A stretch of 64,000 nucleotides of DNA from assembly GCA_964016885.1 (NCBI GenBank), contig OZ024743.1:211358001-211422000 (forward strand), given 5' to 3'. The notes under the pieces are model-generated. The model was not told the DNA's origin. It was given only the letters and a program-made list of their open reading frames with translations, and did no database searches. Made by a program: the position numbers and the translations under genes. Shown here piece by piece: positions 1-13,400 of the stretch (position 1 is its first letter; every line of letters begins with the position of its first letter). The DNA comes from Eledone cirrhosa. Its lineage: Eukaryota.

Positions 1-99
1 ATATTACAGACATGTTGTTAGAATGTCTGAGGAAAGAATCACTAGAGAGCTGTTCCAGGGAGAGCCACTAATTCACCGAATTGAGAGATCATAGCTCTG

Positions 100-3000
100 A
101 TATTACAGACATGAGGTTAGAATGTCTGAGGAAAGAATCACTAGAGAGCTGTTCCAGGTAGAGCCGCTAATTCACTGAATTGAGAGATCAAAGCTCTGAT
201 ATTACAGACATGTGGTTAGGATGTCTCAGAAAATAATCACTAGAGAGTTGTTAAAGGTAGAGCCACTAATTCACTGAAGTACGAGATCACAGCTCTGATA
301 TTACAGACATGTGGTTAGAATGTCTGAGGAAAGAATCACTAGAGAGCTGTTCCAGGTAGAGCCACTAATTCACTGAATTGAGAGATCACAGCTCTGATAC
401 TACAGACATGTGGTTAGAATGACTGAGGAAAGAATCACTAGAGAGCTGTTCCAGGTAGAGCCACTAATTCACTGAATTGAGAGATTATAGCTCTGATACT
501 ACAGACATGTGGTTAGAATGTCTGAGGAAAGAATCACTAGAGAGCTGTTCCAGGTAGAGCCACTAATTCACTGAATTGAGAGATCACAGCTCTGATACTA
601 CAGACATGTGGTTAGAATGTCTGATGAAAGAATCGCTGGGGAGTTGTTCCAGGTAGAGCCACTAATTCACTGAATTGAGAGATCACAGCTCTGATATTAC
701 AGACATGTGGTTAGAATGTCTGAGGAAAGAGTCACTGGAGAGCTGTTCCAGGTAGAGCCACTAATTCACTGAATTGAGAGATCACAGCTCTGATATTACA
801 GACATGAGGTTAGAATGTCTGATGAAAGAATCACTAGAGAGCTGTTCCAGGTAGAGCCACTAATTCACTGAATAAAGAGATAATAGCTCTGATATTACAG
901 ACATGTGGTTAGAATGTCTGAGGAAAGAATCACTGGAGAGCTGTTCCAGGTAGAGCCACTAATTCACTGAATTGAGAGATCACAGCTCTGATATTACAGA
1001 CATGTGGTTAGAATGTCTCAGAAAAGAATCACTAGAGAGCTGTTCAAGGTAGAGCCACTAATTCACTGAATTGAGAGATCACAGCCCTGATATTACAGAC
1101 ATGTGGTTAGAATGTCCCAGGAAAGAATCACTGGAGAGCTGTTCCGGGTAGAGCCACTAATTCACTGAATTGAGAGATCACAGCTCTGATATTACAGACA
1201 TGTGGTTAGAATGTCTGAGGAAAGAATCACTAGAGAGCTGTTCCAGGTAGAGCCGCTAATTCACTGAATTTAGAGATCACAGCTTTGATATTACAGACAT
1301 GTGGTTAGAATGTCTCAGAAAAGAATCACTAGAGAGCTGTTCAAGGTAGAGCCACTAATTCACTGAATTGAGAGATCACAGCTCTGATATTACAGACATG
1401 AGGTTAGAATGTCTGATGAAAGAATCACTAGAGAGCTGTTCCAGGTAGAGCCACTAATTCACTGAATAAAGAGATAATAGCTCTGATATTACAGACATGT
1501 GGTTAGAATGTCTGAGGAAAGAATCACTGGAGAGCTGTTCCAGGTAGAGCCACTAATTCACTGAATTGAGAGATCACAGCTCTGATATTACAGACATGTG
1601 GTTAGAATGTCTCAGAAAAGAATCACTAGAGAGCTGTTCAAGGTAGAGCCACTAATTCACTGAATTGAGAGATCACAGCCCTGATATTACAGACATGTGG
1701 TTAGAATGTCCCAGGAAAGAATCACTGGAGAGCTGTTCCGGGTAGAGCCACTAATTCACTGAATTGAGAGATCACAGCTCTGATATTACAGACATGTGGT
1801 TAGAATGTCTGAGGAAAGAATCACTAGAGAGCTGTTCCAGGTAGAGCCGCTAATTCACTGAATTTAGAGATCACAGCTTTGATATTACAGACATGTGGTT
1901 AGAATGTCTCAGAAAAGAATCACTAGAGAGCTGTTCAAGGTAGAGCCACTAATTCACTGAATTGAGAGATCACAGCTCTGATATTACAGACATGTGGTTA
2001 GAATGTCTGAGGAAAGAATCACTGGAGAGCTGTTCCGGGTAGAGCCACTAATTCACTGAATTGAGAGATCACAGCTCTGATATTACAGACATGTGGTTAG
2101 AATGTCTGAGGAAAGAATCACTAGAGAGCTGTTCCAGGTAGAGCCGCTAATTCACTGAATTGAGAGATCATAGCTCTGATAATACAGACATGCGGTTAGA
2201 ATGTCTGAGGAAAGAATCACTAGAGAGCTGTTCCAGGTAGAGCCACTAATTCACTGAATTGAGAGATCATAGCTCTGATATTACAGACATGTGGTTAGAA
2301 TGTCTGAGGAAAGAATCACTAGAGAGCTGTTCCAGGTAGAGCCGCTAATTCACTGAATTGAGAGATCACAGCTCTGATATTACAGACATGTGGTTAGAAT
2401 GTCTCAGAAAAGAATCACTAGAGAGCTGTTCAAGGTAGAGTCACTAATTCACTGAATTGAGAGATCACAGCTCTGATATTACAGACATGTGGTCAGAATG
2501 TCTGAGGAAAGAATCACTGGAGAGCTGTTCCGGGTAGAGCCACGAATTTACCAAATTGAGAGATCATAGCGCTGATACTACAGACATGTGGTTAGAATGT
2601 CTGAGGAAAGAATAACTAGAGAGCTGTTCCAGGTAGAGCCACTAATTCACTGAATTGAGAGATCATAGCTCTCATACTATAGACATGTGGTTAGAATGTC
2701 TCAGGAAAGAATCACTGGAGAGCTGTTCCAGGTAGAGCCACTAATTCACTGAATTGAGAGATCATAGCTCTGATACTACAGACATGTGGTTAGAATGTCT
2801 GAGGAAAGAATCACTGGAGAGCTGTTCCAGGTAGAGCCACTAATTCACCGAATTGAGAGATCATAGCTCTGATATTACAGACATGAGGTTAGAATGTCTG
2901 AGGAAAGAATCACTAGAGAGCTGTTCCAGGTAGAGCCGCTAATTCACTGAATTGAGAGATCAAAGCTCTGATATTACAGACATGTGGTTAGGATGTCTCA

Positions 3001-6000
3001 GAAAATAATCACTAGAGAGTTGTTAAAGGTAGAGCCACTAATTCACTGAATTACGAGATCACAGCTCTGATATTACAGACATGTGGTTAGAATGTCTGAG
3101 GAAAGAATCACTAGAGAGCTGTTCCAGGTAGAGCCACTAATTCACTGAATTGAGAGATCACAGCTCTGATACTACAGACATGTGGTTAGAATGTCTGAGG
3201 AAAGAATCACTAGAGAGCTGTTCCAGGTAGAGCCACTAATTCACTGAATTGAGAGATTATAGCTCTGATACTACAGACATGTGGTTAGAATGTCTGAGGA
3301 AAGAATCACTAGAGAGCTGTTCCAGGTAGAGCCACTAATTCACTGAATTGAGAGATCACAGCTCTGATACTACAGACATGTGGTTAGAATGTCTGATGAA
3401 AGAATCGCTGGGGAGTTGTTCCAGGTAGAGCCACTAATTCACTGAATTGACAGATCACAGCTCTGATATTACAGACATGTGGTTAGAATGTCTGAGGAAA
3501 GAGTCACTGGAGAGCTGTTCCAGGTAGAGCCACTAATTCACTGAATTGAGAGATCACAGCTCTGATATTACAGACATGAGGTTAGAATGTCTGATGAAAG
3601 AATCACTAGAGAGCTGTTCCAGGTAGAGCCACTAATTCACTGAATTGAGAGATAATAGCTCTGATATTACAGACATGTGGTTAGAATGTCTGAGGAAAGA
3701 ATCACTAGAGAGCTGTTCCAGGTAGACCCACTAATTCACTGAATTGAGAGATCACAGCTCTGATATTACAGACCTGTGCTTAGAATGTCTGAGGAAAGAA
3801 TCACTAGAGAGCTGTTCCAGGTAGAGCCACTAATTCACTGAATTGAGAGATCACAGCTCTGATATTACAGACATGTGGTTAGAATGTCTGAGTAAAGAAT
3901 CACTGGAGCGCTGTTCCAGGTAGAGCCACTAATTCACTGAATTGAGAGATAATAGCTCTGATATTACAGACATGTGGTTAGAATGTCTGAGGAAAGAATC
4001 ACTAGAGAGCTGTTCCAGGTAGAGCCACTAATTCACTGAATTTAGAGATCACAGCTCTGATATTACAGACATGTGGTTAGAATGTCTGAGGAAAGAATCA
4101 CTGGAGAGCTGTTCCAGGTAGAGCCACTAATTCACTGAATTGAGAGATCATAGCTCTGATATTACAGACATGTGGTTACAATGTCTCAGGAAAGAATCAC
4201 TAGGGAGCTGTTCCAGGTAGATCCACTAATTCACTGAATTGAGAGATCACAGCTCTGATACTACAGACATGTGGTTAGAATGTCTGAGGAAAGAATCACT
4301 AGAGAGCTGTTCCAGGTAGAGCCACTAATTCACTGAATTGAGAGATTATAGCTCTGATACTACAGACATGTGGTTAGAATGTCTGAGGAAAGAATCACTA
4401 GAGAGCTGTTCCAGGTAGAGCCACTAATTCACTGAATTGAGAGATCACAGCTCTGATACTACAGACATGTGGTTAGAATGTTTGATGAAAGAATCGCTGG
4501 GGAGTTGTTCCAGGTAGAGCCACTAATTCACTGAATTGAGAGATCACAGCTCTGATATTACAGACATGTGGTTAGAATGTCTGAGGAAAGAGTCACTGGA
4601 GAGCTGTTACAGGTAGAGCCACTAATTCACTGAATTGAGAGATCACAGCTCTAATATTACAGACATGAGGTTAGAATGTCTGATGAAAGAATCACTAGAG
4701 AGCTGTTCCAGGTAGAGCCACTAATTCACTGAATTGAGAGATAATAGCTCTGATATTACAGACATGTGGTTAGAATGTCTGAGGAAAGAATCACTAGAGA
4801 GCTGTTCCAGGTAGACCCACTAATTCACTGAATTGAGAGATCACAGCTCTGATATTACAGACCTGTGCTTAGAATGTCTGAGGAAAGAATCACTAGAGAG
4901 CTGTTCCAGGTAGAGCCACTAATTCACTGAATTGAGAGATCACAGCTCTGATATTACAGACATGTGGTTAGAATGTCTGAGTAAAGAATCACTGGAGCGC
5001 TGTTCCAGGTAGAGCCACTAATTCACTGAATTGAGAGATAATAGCTCTGATATTACAGACATGTGGTTAGAATGTCTGAGGAAAGAATCACTAGAGAGCT
5101 GTTCCAGGTAGAGCCACTAATTCACTGAATTTAGAGATCACAGCTCTGATATTACAGACATGTGGTTAGAATGTCTGAGGAAAGAATCACTGGAGAGCTG
5201 TTCCAGGTAGAGCCACTAATTCACTGAATTGAGAGATCATAGCTCTCATACTATAGACATGTGGTTAGAATGTCTCAGGAAAGAATCACTGGAGAGCTGT
5301 TCCAGGTAGAGCCACTAATTCACTGAATTGAGAGATCATAGCTCTGATACTACAGACATGTGGTTAGAATGTCTGAGGAAAGAATCACTGGAGAGCTGTT
5401 CCAGGTAGAGCCACTAATTCACCGAATTGAGAGATCATAGCTCTGATATTACAGACATGAGGTTAGAATGTCTGAGGAAAGAATCACTAGAGAGCTGTTC
5501 CAGGTAGAGCCGCTAATTCACTGAATTGAGAGATCAAAGCTCTGATATTACAGACATGTGGTTAGGATGTCTCAGAAAATAATCACTAGAGAGTTGTTAA
5601 AGGTAGAGCCACTAATTCACTGAATTACGAGATCACAGCTCTGATATTACAGACATGTGGTTAGAATGTCTGAGGAAAGAATCACTAGAGAGCTGTTCCA
5701 GGTAGAGCCACTAATTCACTGAATTGAGAGATCACAGCTCTGATACTACAGACATGTGGTTAGAATGTCTGAGGAAAGAATCACTAGAGAGCTGTTCCAG
5801 GTAGAGCCACTAATTCACTGAATTGAGAGATTATAGCTCTGATACTACAGACATGTGGTTAGAATGTCTGAGGAAAGAATCACTAGAGAGCTGTTCCAGG
5901 TAGAGCCACTAATTCACTGAATTGAGAGATCACAGCTCTGATACTACAGACATGTGGTTAGAATGTCTGATGAAAGAATCGCTGGGGAGTTGTTCCAGGT

Positions 6001-9000
6001 AGAGCCACTAATTCACTGAATTGACAGATCACAGCTCTGATATTACAGACATGTGGTTAGAATGTCTGAGGAAAGAGTCACTGGAGAGCTGTTCCAGGTA
6101 GAGCCACTAATTCACTGAATTGAGAGATCACAGCTCTGATATTACAGACATGAGGTTAGAATGTCTGATGAAAGAATCACTAGAGAGCTGTTCCAGGTAG
6201 AGCCACTAATTCACTGAATTGAGAGATAATAGCTCTGATATTACAGACATGTGGTTAGAATGTCTGAGGAAAGAATCACTAGAGAGCTGTTCCAGGTAGA
6301 CCCACTAATTCACTGAATTGAGAGATCACAGCTCTGATATTACAGACCTGTGCTTAGAATGTCTGAGGAAAGAATCACTAGAGAGCTGTTCCAGGTAGAG
6401 CCACTAATTCACTGAATTGAGAGATCACAGCTCTGATATTACAGACATGTGGTTAGAATGTCTGAGTAAAGAATCACTGGAGCGCTGTTCCAGGTAGAGC
6501 CACTAATTCACTGAATTGAGAGATAATAGCTCTGATATTACAGACATGTGGTTAGAATGTCTGAGGAAAGAATCACTAGAGAGCTGTTCCAGGTAGAGCC
6601 ACTAATTCACTGAATTTAGAGATCACAGCTCTGATATTACAGACATGTGGTTAGAATGTCTGAGGAAAGAATCACTGGAGAGCTGTTCCAGGTAGAGCCA
6701 CTAATTCACTGAATTGAGAGATCATAGCTCTGATATTACAGACATGTGGTTACAATGTCTCAGGAAAGAATCACTAGGGAGCTGTTCCAGGTAGATCCAC
6801 TAATTCACTGAATTGAGAGATCACAGCTCTGATACTACAGACATGTGGTTAGAATGTCTGAGGAAAGAATCACTAGAGAGCTGTTCCAGGTAGAGCCACT
6901 AATTCACTGAATTGAGAGATTATAGCTCTGATACTACAGACATGTGGTTAGAATGTCTGAGGAAAGAATCACTAGAGAGCTGTTCCAGGTAGAGCCACTA
7001 ATTCACTGAATTGAGAGATCACAGCTCTGATACTACAGACATGTGGTTAGAATGTTTGATGAAAGAATCGCTGGGGAGTTGTTCCAGGTAGAGCCACTAA
7101 TTCACTGAATTGAGAGATCACAGCTCTGATATTACAGACATGTGGTTAGAATGTCTGAGGAAAGAGTCACTGGAGAGCTGTTACAGGTAGAGCCACTAAT
7201 TCACTGAATTGAGAGATCACAGCTCTAATATTACAGACATGAGGTTAGAATGTCTGATGAAAGAATCACTAGAGAGCTGTTCCAGGTAGAGCCACTAATT
7301 CACTGAATTGAGAGATAATAGCTCTGATATTACAGACATGTGGTTAGAATGTCTGAGGAAAGAATCACTAGAGAGCTGTTCCAGGTAGACCCACTAATTC
7401 ACTGAATTGAGAGATCACAGCTCTGATATTACAGACCTGTGCTTAGAATGTCTGAGGAAAGAATCACTAGAGAGCTGTTCCAGGTAGAGCCACTAATTCA
7501 CTGAATTGAGAGATCACAGCTCTGATATTACAGACATGTGGTTAGAATGTCTGAGTAAAGAATCACTGGAGCGCTGTTCCAGGTAGAGCCACTAATTCAC
7601 TGAATTGAGAGATAATAGCTCTGATATTACAGACATGTGGTTAGAATGTCTGAGGAAAGAATCACTAGAGAGCTGTTCCAGGTAGAGCCACTAATTCACT
7701 GAATTTAGAGATCACAGCTCTGATATTACAGACATGTGGTTAGAATGTCTGAGGAAAGAATCACTGGAGAGCTGTTCCAGGTAGAGCCACTAATTCACTG
7801 AATTGAGAGATCATAGCTCTGATATTACAGACATGTGGTTACAATGTCTCAGGAAAGAATCACTAGGGAGCTGTTCCAGGTAGATCCACTAATTCACTGA
7901 ATTGAGAGATCACAGCTCTGATATTACAGACATGTGGTTAGAATGTCTGAGGAAAGAATCACTGGAGAGCTGTTCCAGGTAGAGCCACTAATTCACTGAA
8001 TAGAGAGATCACAGCTCTGATATTACAGACATGTGGTTACAATGTCTGAGGAAAGAATCACTGGAGAGCTGTTCCAGGTAGAGCCACTAATTCACTGAAT
8101 TGAGAGATCATATCTCTGATATTACAGACATGGGGTTAGAATGTCTCAGGAAAGAATCACTAGAGAGCTGTTCCAGGTAGAGCCACTAATTCACTGAATT
8201 GAGAGATCACAGCTCTGATATTACAGACATGTGGTTAGAATGTCTGAGGAAAGAATCACTGGAGAGCTGTTCCAGGTAGAGCCACTAATTCACTGAATTG
8301 AGAGATCATAGCTCTGATACTACAGACATGTGGTTAGAATGTCTGAGGAAAGAATCACTAGAGAGCTGTTCCAGGTAGAGCCGCTAATTCACTGAATTGA
8401 GAGATCATAGCTCTGATATTACAGACATGTGGTTAGAATGTCTGAGGAAAGAATCACTAGAGAGCTGTTCCAGGTAGAGCCACTAATTCACCGAATTGAG
8501 AGATCATAGCTCTGATATTACAGACATGAGGTTAGAATGTCTGAGGAAAGAATCACTAGAGAGCTGTTCCAGGTAGAGCCGCTAATTCACTGAATTGAGA
8601 GATCAAAGCTCTGATATTACAGACATGTGGTTAGGATGTCTCAGAAAATAATCACTAGAGAGTTGTTAAAGGTAGAGCCACTAATTCACTGAAGTACGAG
8701 ATCACAGCTCTGATATTACAGACATGTGGTTAGAATGTCTGAGGAAAGAATCACTAGAGAGCTGTTCCAGGTAGAGCCACTAATTCACTGAATTGAGAGA
8801 TCACAGCTCTGATACTACAGACATGTGGTTAGAATGTCTGAGGAAAGAATCACTAGAGAGCTGTTCCAGGTAGAGCCACTAATTCACTGAATTGAGAGAT
8901 TATAGCTCTGATACTACAGACATGTGGTTAGAATGTCTGAGGAAAGAATCACTAGAGAGCTGTTCCAGGTAGAGCCACTAATTCACTGAATTGAGAGATC

Positions 9001-12000
9001 ACAGCTCTGATACTACAGACATGTGGTTAGAATGTCTGATGAAAGAATCGCTGGGGAGTTGTTCCAGGTAGAGCCACTAATTCACTGAATTGAGAGATCA
9101 CAGCTCTGATATTACAGACATGTGGTTAGAATGTCTGAGGAAAGAGTCACTGGAGAGCTGTTCCAGGTAGAGCCACTAATTCACTGAATTGAGAGATCAC
9201 AGCTCTGATATTACAGACATGAGGTTAGAATGTCTGATGAAAGAATCACTAGAGAGCTGTTCCAGGTAGAGCCACTAATTCACTGAATTGAGAGATAATA
9301 GCTCTGATATTACAGACATGTGGTTAGAATGTCTGAGGAAAGAATCACTAGAGAGCTGTTCCAGGTAGACCCACTAATTCACTGAATTGAGAGATCACAG
9401 CTCTGATATTACAGACCTGTGCTTAGAATGTCTGAGGAAAGAATCACTAGAGAGCTGTTCCAGGTAGAGCCACTAATTCACTGAATTGAGAGATCACAGC
9501 TCTGATATTACAGACATGTGGTTAGAATGTCTGAGTAAAGAATCACTGGAGCGCTGTTCCAGGTAGAACCACTAATTCACTGAATTGAGAGATAATAGCT
9601 CTGATATTACAGACATGTGGTTAGAATGTCTGAGGAAAGAATCACTAGAGAGCTGTTCCAGGTAGAGCCACTAATTCACTGAATTTAGAGATCACAGCTC
9701 TGATATTACAGACATGTGGTTAGAATGTCTGAGGAAAGAATCACTGGAGAGCTGTTCCAGGTAGAGCCACGAATTCACTGAATTGAGAGATCATAGCTCT
9801 GATATTACAGACATGTGGTTACAATGTCTCAGGAAAGAATCACTAAGGAGCTGTTCCAGGTAGATCCACTAATTCACTGAATTGAGAGATCACAGCTCTG
9901 ATATTACAGACATGTGGTTAGAATGTCTGAGGAAAGAATCACTGGAGAGCTGTTCCAGGTAGAGCCACTAATTCACTGAATAGAGAGATCACAGCTCTGA
10001 TATTACAGACATGTGGTTACAATGTCTGAGGAAAGAATCACTGGAGAGCTGTTCCAGGTAGAGCCACTAATTCACTGAATTGAGAGATCATATCTCTGAT
10101 ATTACAGACATGGGGTTAGAATGTCTCAGGAAAGAATCACTAGAGAGCTGTTCCAGGTAGAGCCACTAATTCACTGAATTGAGAGATCACAGCTCTGATA
10201 TTACAGACATGTGGTTAGAATGTCTGAGGAAAGAATCACTGGAGAGCTGTTCCAGGTAGAGCCACTAATTCACTGAATTGAGAGATCACAGCTCTGATAT
10301 TACAGACATGGGGTTAGAATGTCTGAGGAAAGAAACACTAGAGAGTTGTTCCAGGTAGAGCCGCTAATTCACTGAATTGAGAGATCATAGCTCTGATACT
10401 ACAGACATGCGGTTAGAATGTCTGAGGAAAGAATCACTAGAGAGCTGTTCCAGGTAGAGCCGCTAATTCACTGAATTGAGAGATCATAGCACTGATATTA
10501 CAGACATGTGGTTAGAATGTCTCAGGAAAGAATCACTGGAGAGCTGTTCCAGGTAGAGCCACTAATTCACCGAATTGAGAGATCATGGCTCAGATACTAC
10601 AGACGTGTGGTTAGAATGTCTGAGGAAAGAATCACTAGAGAGCTGTTCCAGGTAGAGCCACTAATTCACTGAATTGAGAGATCATAGCTCTGATATTACA
10701 GACATGTGGTTAGAATGTCTGAGGAAAGAATCACTGGAGAGCTGTTCCAGGTAGAGCCACTAATTCACTGAATAGAGAGATCACAGCTCTGATATTACAG
10801 ACATGTGGTTACAATGTCTGAGGAAAGAATCACTGGAGAGCTGTTCCAGGTAGAGCCACTAATTCACTGAATTGAGAGATCATATCTCTGATATTACAGA
10901 CATGGGGTTAGAATGTCTCAGGAAAGAATCACTAGAGAGCTGTTCCAGGTAGAGCCACTAATTCACTGAATTGAGAGATCACAGCTCTGATATTACAGAC
11001 ATGTGGTTAGAATGTCTGAGGAAAGAATCACTGGAGAGCTGTTCCAGGTAGAGCCACTAATTCACTGAATTGAGAGATCATAGCTCTGATACTACAGACA
11101 TGTGGTTAGAATGTCTGAGGAAAGAATCACTAGAGAGCTGTTCCAGGTAGAGCCGCTAATTCACTGAATTGAGAGATCATAGCTCTGATATTACAGACAT
11201 GAGGTTAGAATGTCTGAGGAAAGAATCACTAGAGAGCTGTTCCAGGTAGAGCCGCTAATTCACTGAATTGAGAGATCAAAGCTCTGATATTACAGACATG
11301 TGGTTAGGATGTCTCAGAAAATAATCACTAGAGAGTTGTTAAAGGTAGAGCCACTAATTCACTGAAGTACGAGATCACAGCTCTGATATTACAGACATGT
11401 GGTTAGAATGTCTGAGGAAAGAATCACTAGAGAGCTGTTCCAGGTAGAGCCACTAATTCACTGAATTGAGAGATCACAGCTCTGATACTACAGACATGTG
11501 GTTAGAATGACTGAGGAAAGAATCACTAGAGAGCTGTTCCAGGTAGAGCCACTAATTCACTGAATTGAGAGATTATAGCTCTGATACTACAGACATGTGG
11601 TTAGAATGTCTGAGGAAAGAATCACTAGAGAGCTGTTCCAGGTAGAGCCACTAATTCACTGAATTGAGAGATCACAGCTCTGATACTACAGACATGTGGT
11701 TAGAATGTCTGATGAAAGAATCGCTGGGGAGTTGTTCCAGGTAGAGCCACTAATTCACTGAATTGAGAGATCACAGCTCTGATATTACAGACATGTGGTT
11801 AGAATGTCTGAGGAAAGAGTCACTGGAGAGCTGTTCCAGGTAGAGCCACTAATTCACTGAATTGAGAGATCACAGCTCTGATATTACAGACATGAGGTTA
11901 GAATGTCTGATGAAAGAATCACTAGAGAGCTGTTCCAGGTAGAGCCACTAATTTACTGAATTGAGAGATAATAGCTCTGATATTACAGACATGTGGTTAG

Positions 12001-13400
12001 AATGTCTGAGGAAAGAATCACTAGAGAGCTGTTCCAGGTAGACCCACTAATTCACTGAATTGAGAGATCACAGCTCTGATATTACAGACCTGTGCTTAGA
12101 ATGTCTGAGTAAAGAATCACTAGAGAGCTGTTCCAGGTAGAGCCACTAATTCACTGAATTGAGAGATCACAGCTCTGATATTACAGACATGTGGTTAGAA
12201 TGTCTGAGTAAAGAATCACTGGAGCGCTGTTCCAGGTAGAGCCACTAATTCACTGAATTGAGAGATAATAGCTCTGATATTACAGACATGTGGTTAGAAT
12301 GTCTGAGGAAAGAATCACTAGAGAGCTGTTCCAGGTAGAGCCACTAATTCACTGAATTTAGAGATCACAGCTCTGATATTACAGACATGTGGTTAGAATG
12401 TCTGAGGAAAGAATCACTGGAGAGCTGTTCCAGGTAGAGCCACTAATTCACTGAATTGAGAGATCACAGCTCTGATATTACAGACATGGGGTTAGAATGT
12501 CTGAGGAAAGAAACACTAGAGAGTTGTTCCAGGTAGAGCCGCTAATTCACTGAATTGAGAGATCATAGCTCTGATACTACAGACATGCGGTTAGAATGTC
12601 TGAGGAAAGAATCACTAGAGAGCTGTTCCAGGTAGAGCCGCTAATTCACTGAATTGAGAGATCATAGCTCTGATATTACAGACATGTGGTTAGAATGTCT
12701 CAGGAAAGAATCACTGGAGAGCTGTTCCAGGTAGAGCCACTAATTCACCGAATTGAGAGATCATGGCTCAGATACTACAGACGTGTGGTTAGAATGTCTT
12801 AGGAAAGAATTACTAGAGAGCTGTTCCAGGTAGAGCCACTAATTCACTGAATTGAGAGATCATAGCTCTGATATTACAGACATGTCGTTAGAATGTCTGA
12901 GGAAAGAATCACTAGAGAGCTGTTCCAGGTAGAGCCACTAATTCACTGAATTGAGAGATCACAGCTCTGATATTACAGACATGCGGTTAGAATGTCTGAG
13001 GAAAGAATTACTAGAGAACTGTTCCAGTTGGAGCCACTAATTCACTGAATTGAGAGATCATAGCTTTGATACTACAGACATGTGGTTAGAATGTCTGAGG
13101 AAAGAATAACTAGAGAGCTGTTCCAGGTAGAGCCACAAATTCACTGAATTGAGAGATCACAGCTCTGATATTACAGACATGTGGTTAGAATGTCTGAGGA
13201 AAGAGTCACTAGAGAGGTGTTCCAGGCAGAGCCACGAATTTACCGAATTGAGAGATCATAGCGCTGATACTACAGACATGTGGTTAGAATGTCTGAGGAA
13301 AGAATAACTAGAGAGCTGTTCCAGGTAGAGCCACTAATTCACTGAATTGAGAGATCATAGCTCTCATACTATAGACATGTGGTTAGAATGTCTCAGGAAA
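100..13400. repeat. Higher-order repeat domain 1: variable units of 26-31 monomers containing internal 11-mer duplications
   Basis: The marker monomer TTAGGATGTCTCAGAAAATAATC...GTTGTTAAAGG occurs at 219, 2991, 5565, 8634 and 11307, giving spacings of 28, 26, 31 and 27 x 99. ATCGCTGGGG occurs at about 3406 and 4495 (11 x 99). Boundaries are approximate. Confidence 0.85.
793..1980. repeat. Local tandem duplication of 6 monomers (594-bp period)
   Basis: The rare variant AATAAAGAGATAATAGC occurs at 871 and 1465 (594 apart). The variants ATGTCCCAGG, TTCCGGGT, CAGCCCTG and CAGCTTTG repeat at the same offset. Boundaries are approximate. Confidence 0.85.

Noticed and set aside
27-40. Satellite-encoded hammerhead ribozyme (CTGAGGA/CTGATGA fits the CUGANGA box)
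   Set aside because: There is no stem II followed by a separate GAAA, because the GAAA overlaps the box. I could not build a stem I/III arrangement around a cleavage triplet by eye. An Infernal/RNAMotif search would settle it.
149-163. Splice-site-like TTCCAG|GTAGAG at the proposed seam
   Set aside because: The donor match is poor at +4 to +6, the pyrimidine tract is short, and there is no exon context.
122-178. 18-codon mini-ORF MSEERITRELFQVEPLIH in most monomers
   Set aside because: It is too short, has no expression signals, and is explained as a remnant of the ancestral reading frame.
211-220. Telomere-like GGTTAG/TTAGG
   Set aside because: It occurs once per monomer and is never tandem, so it is expected by chance.
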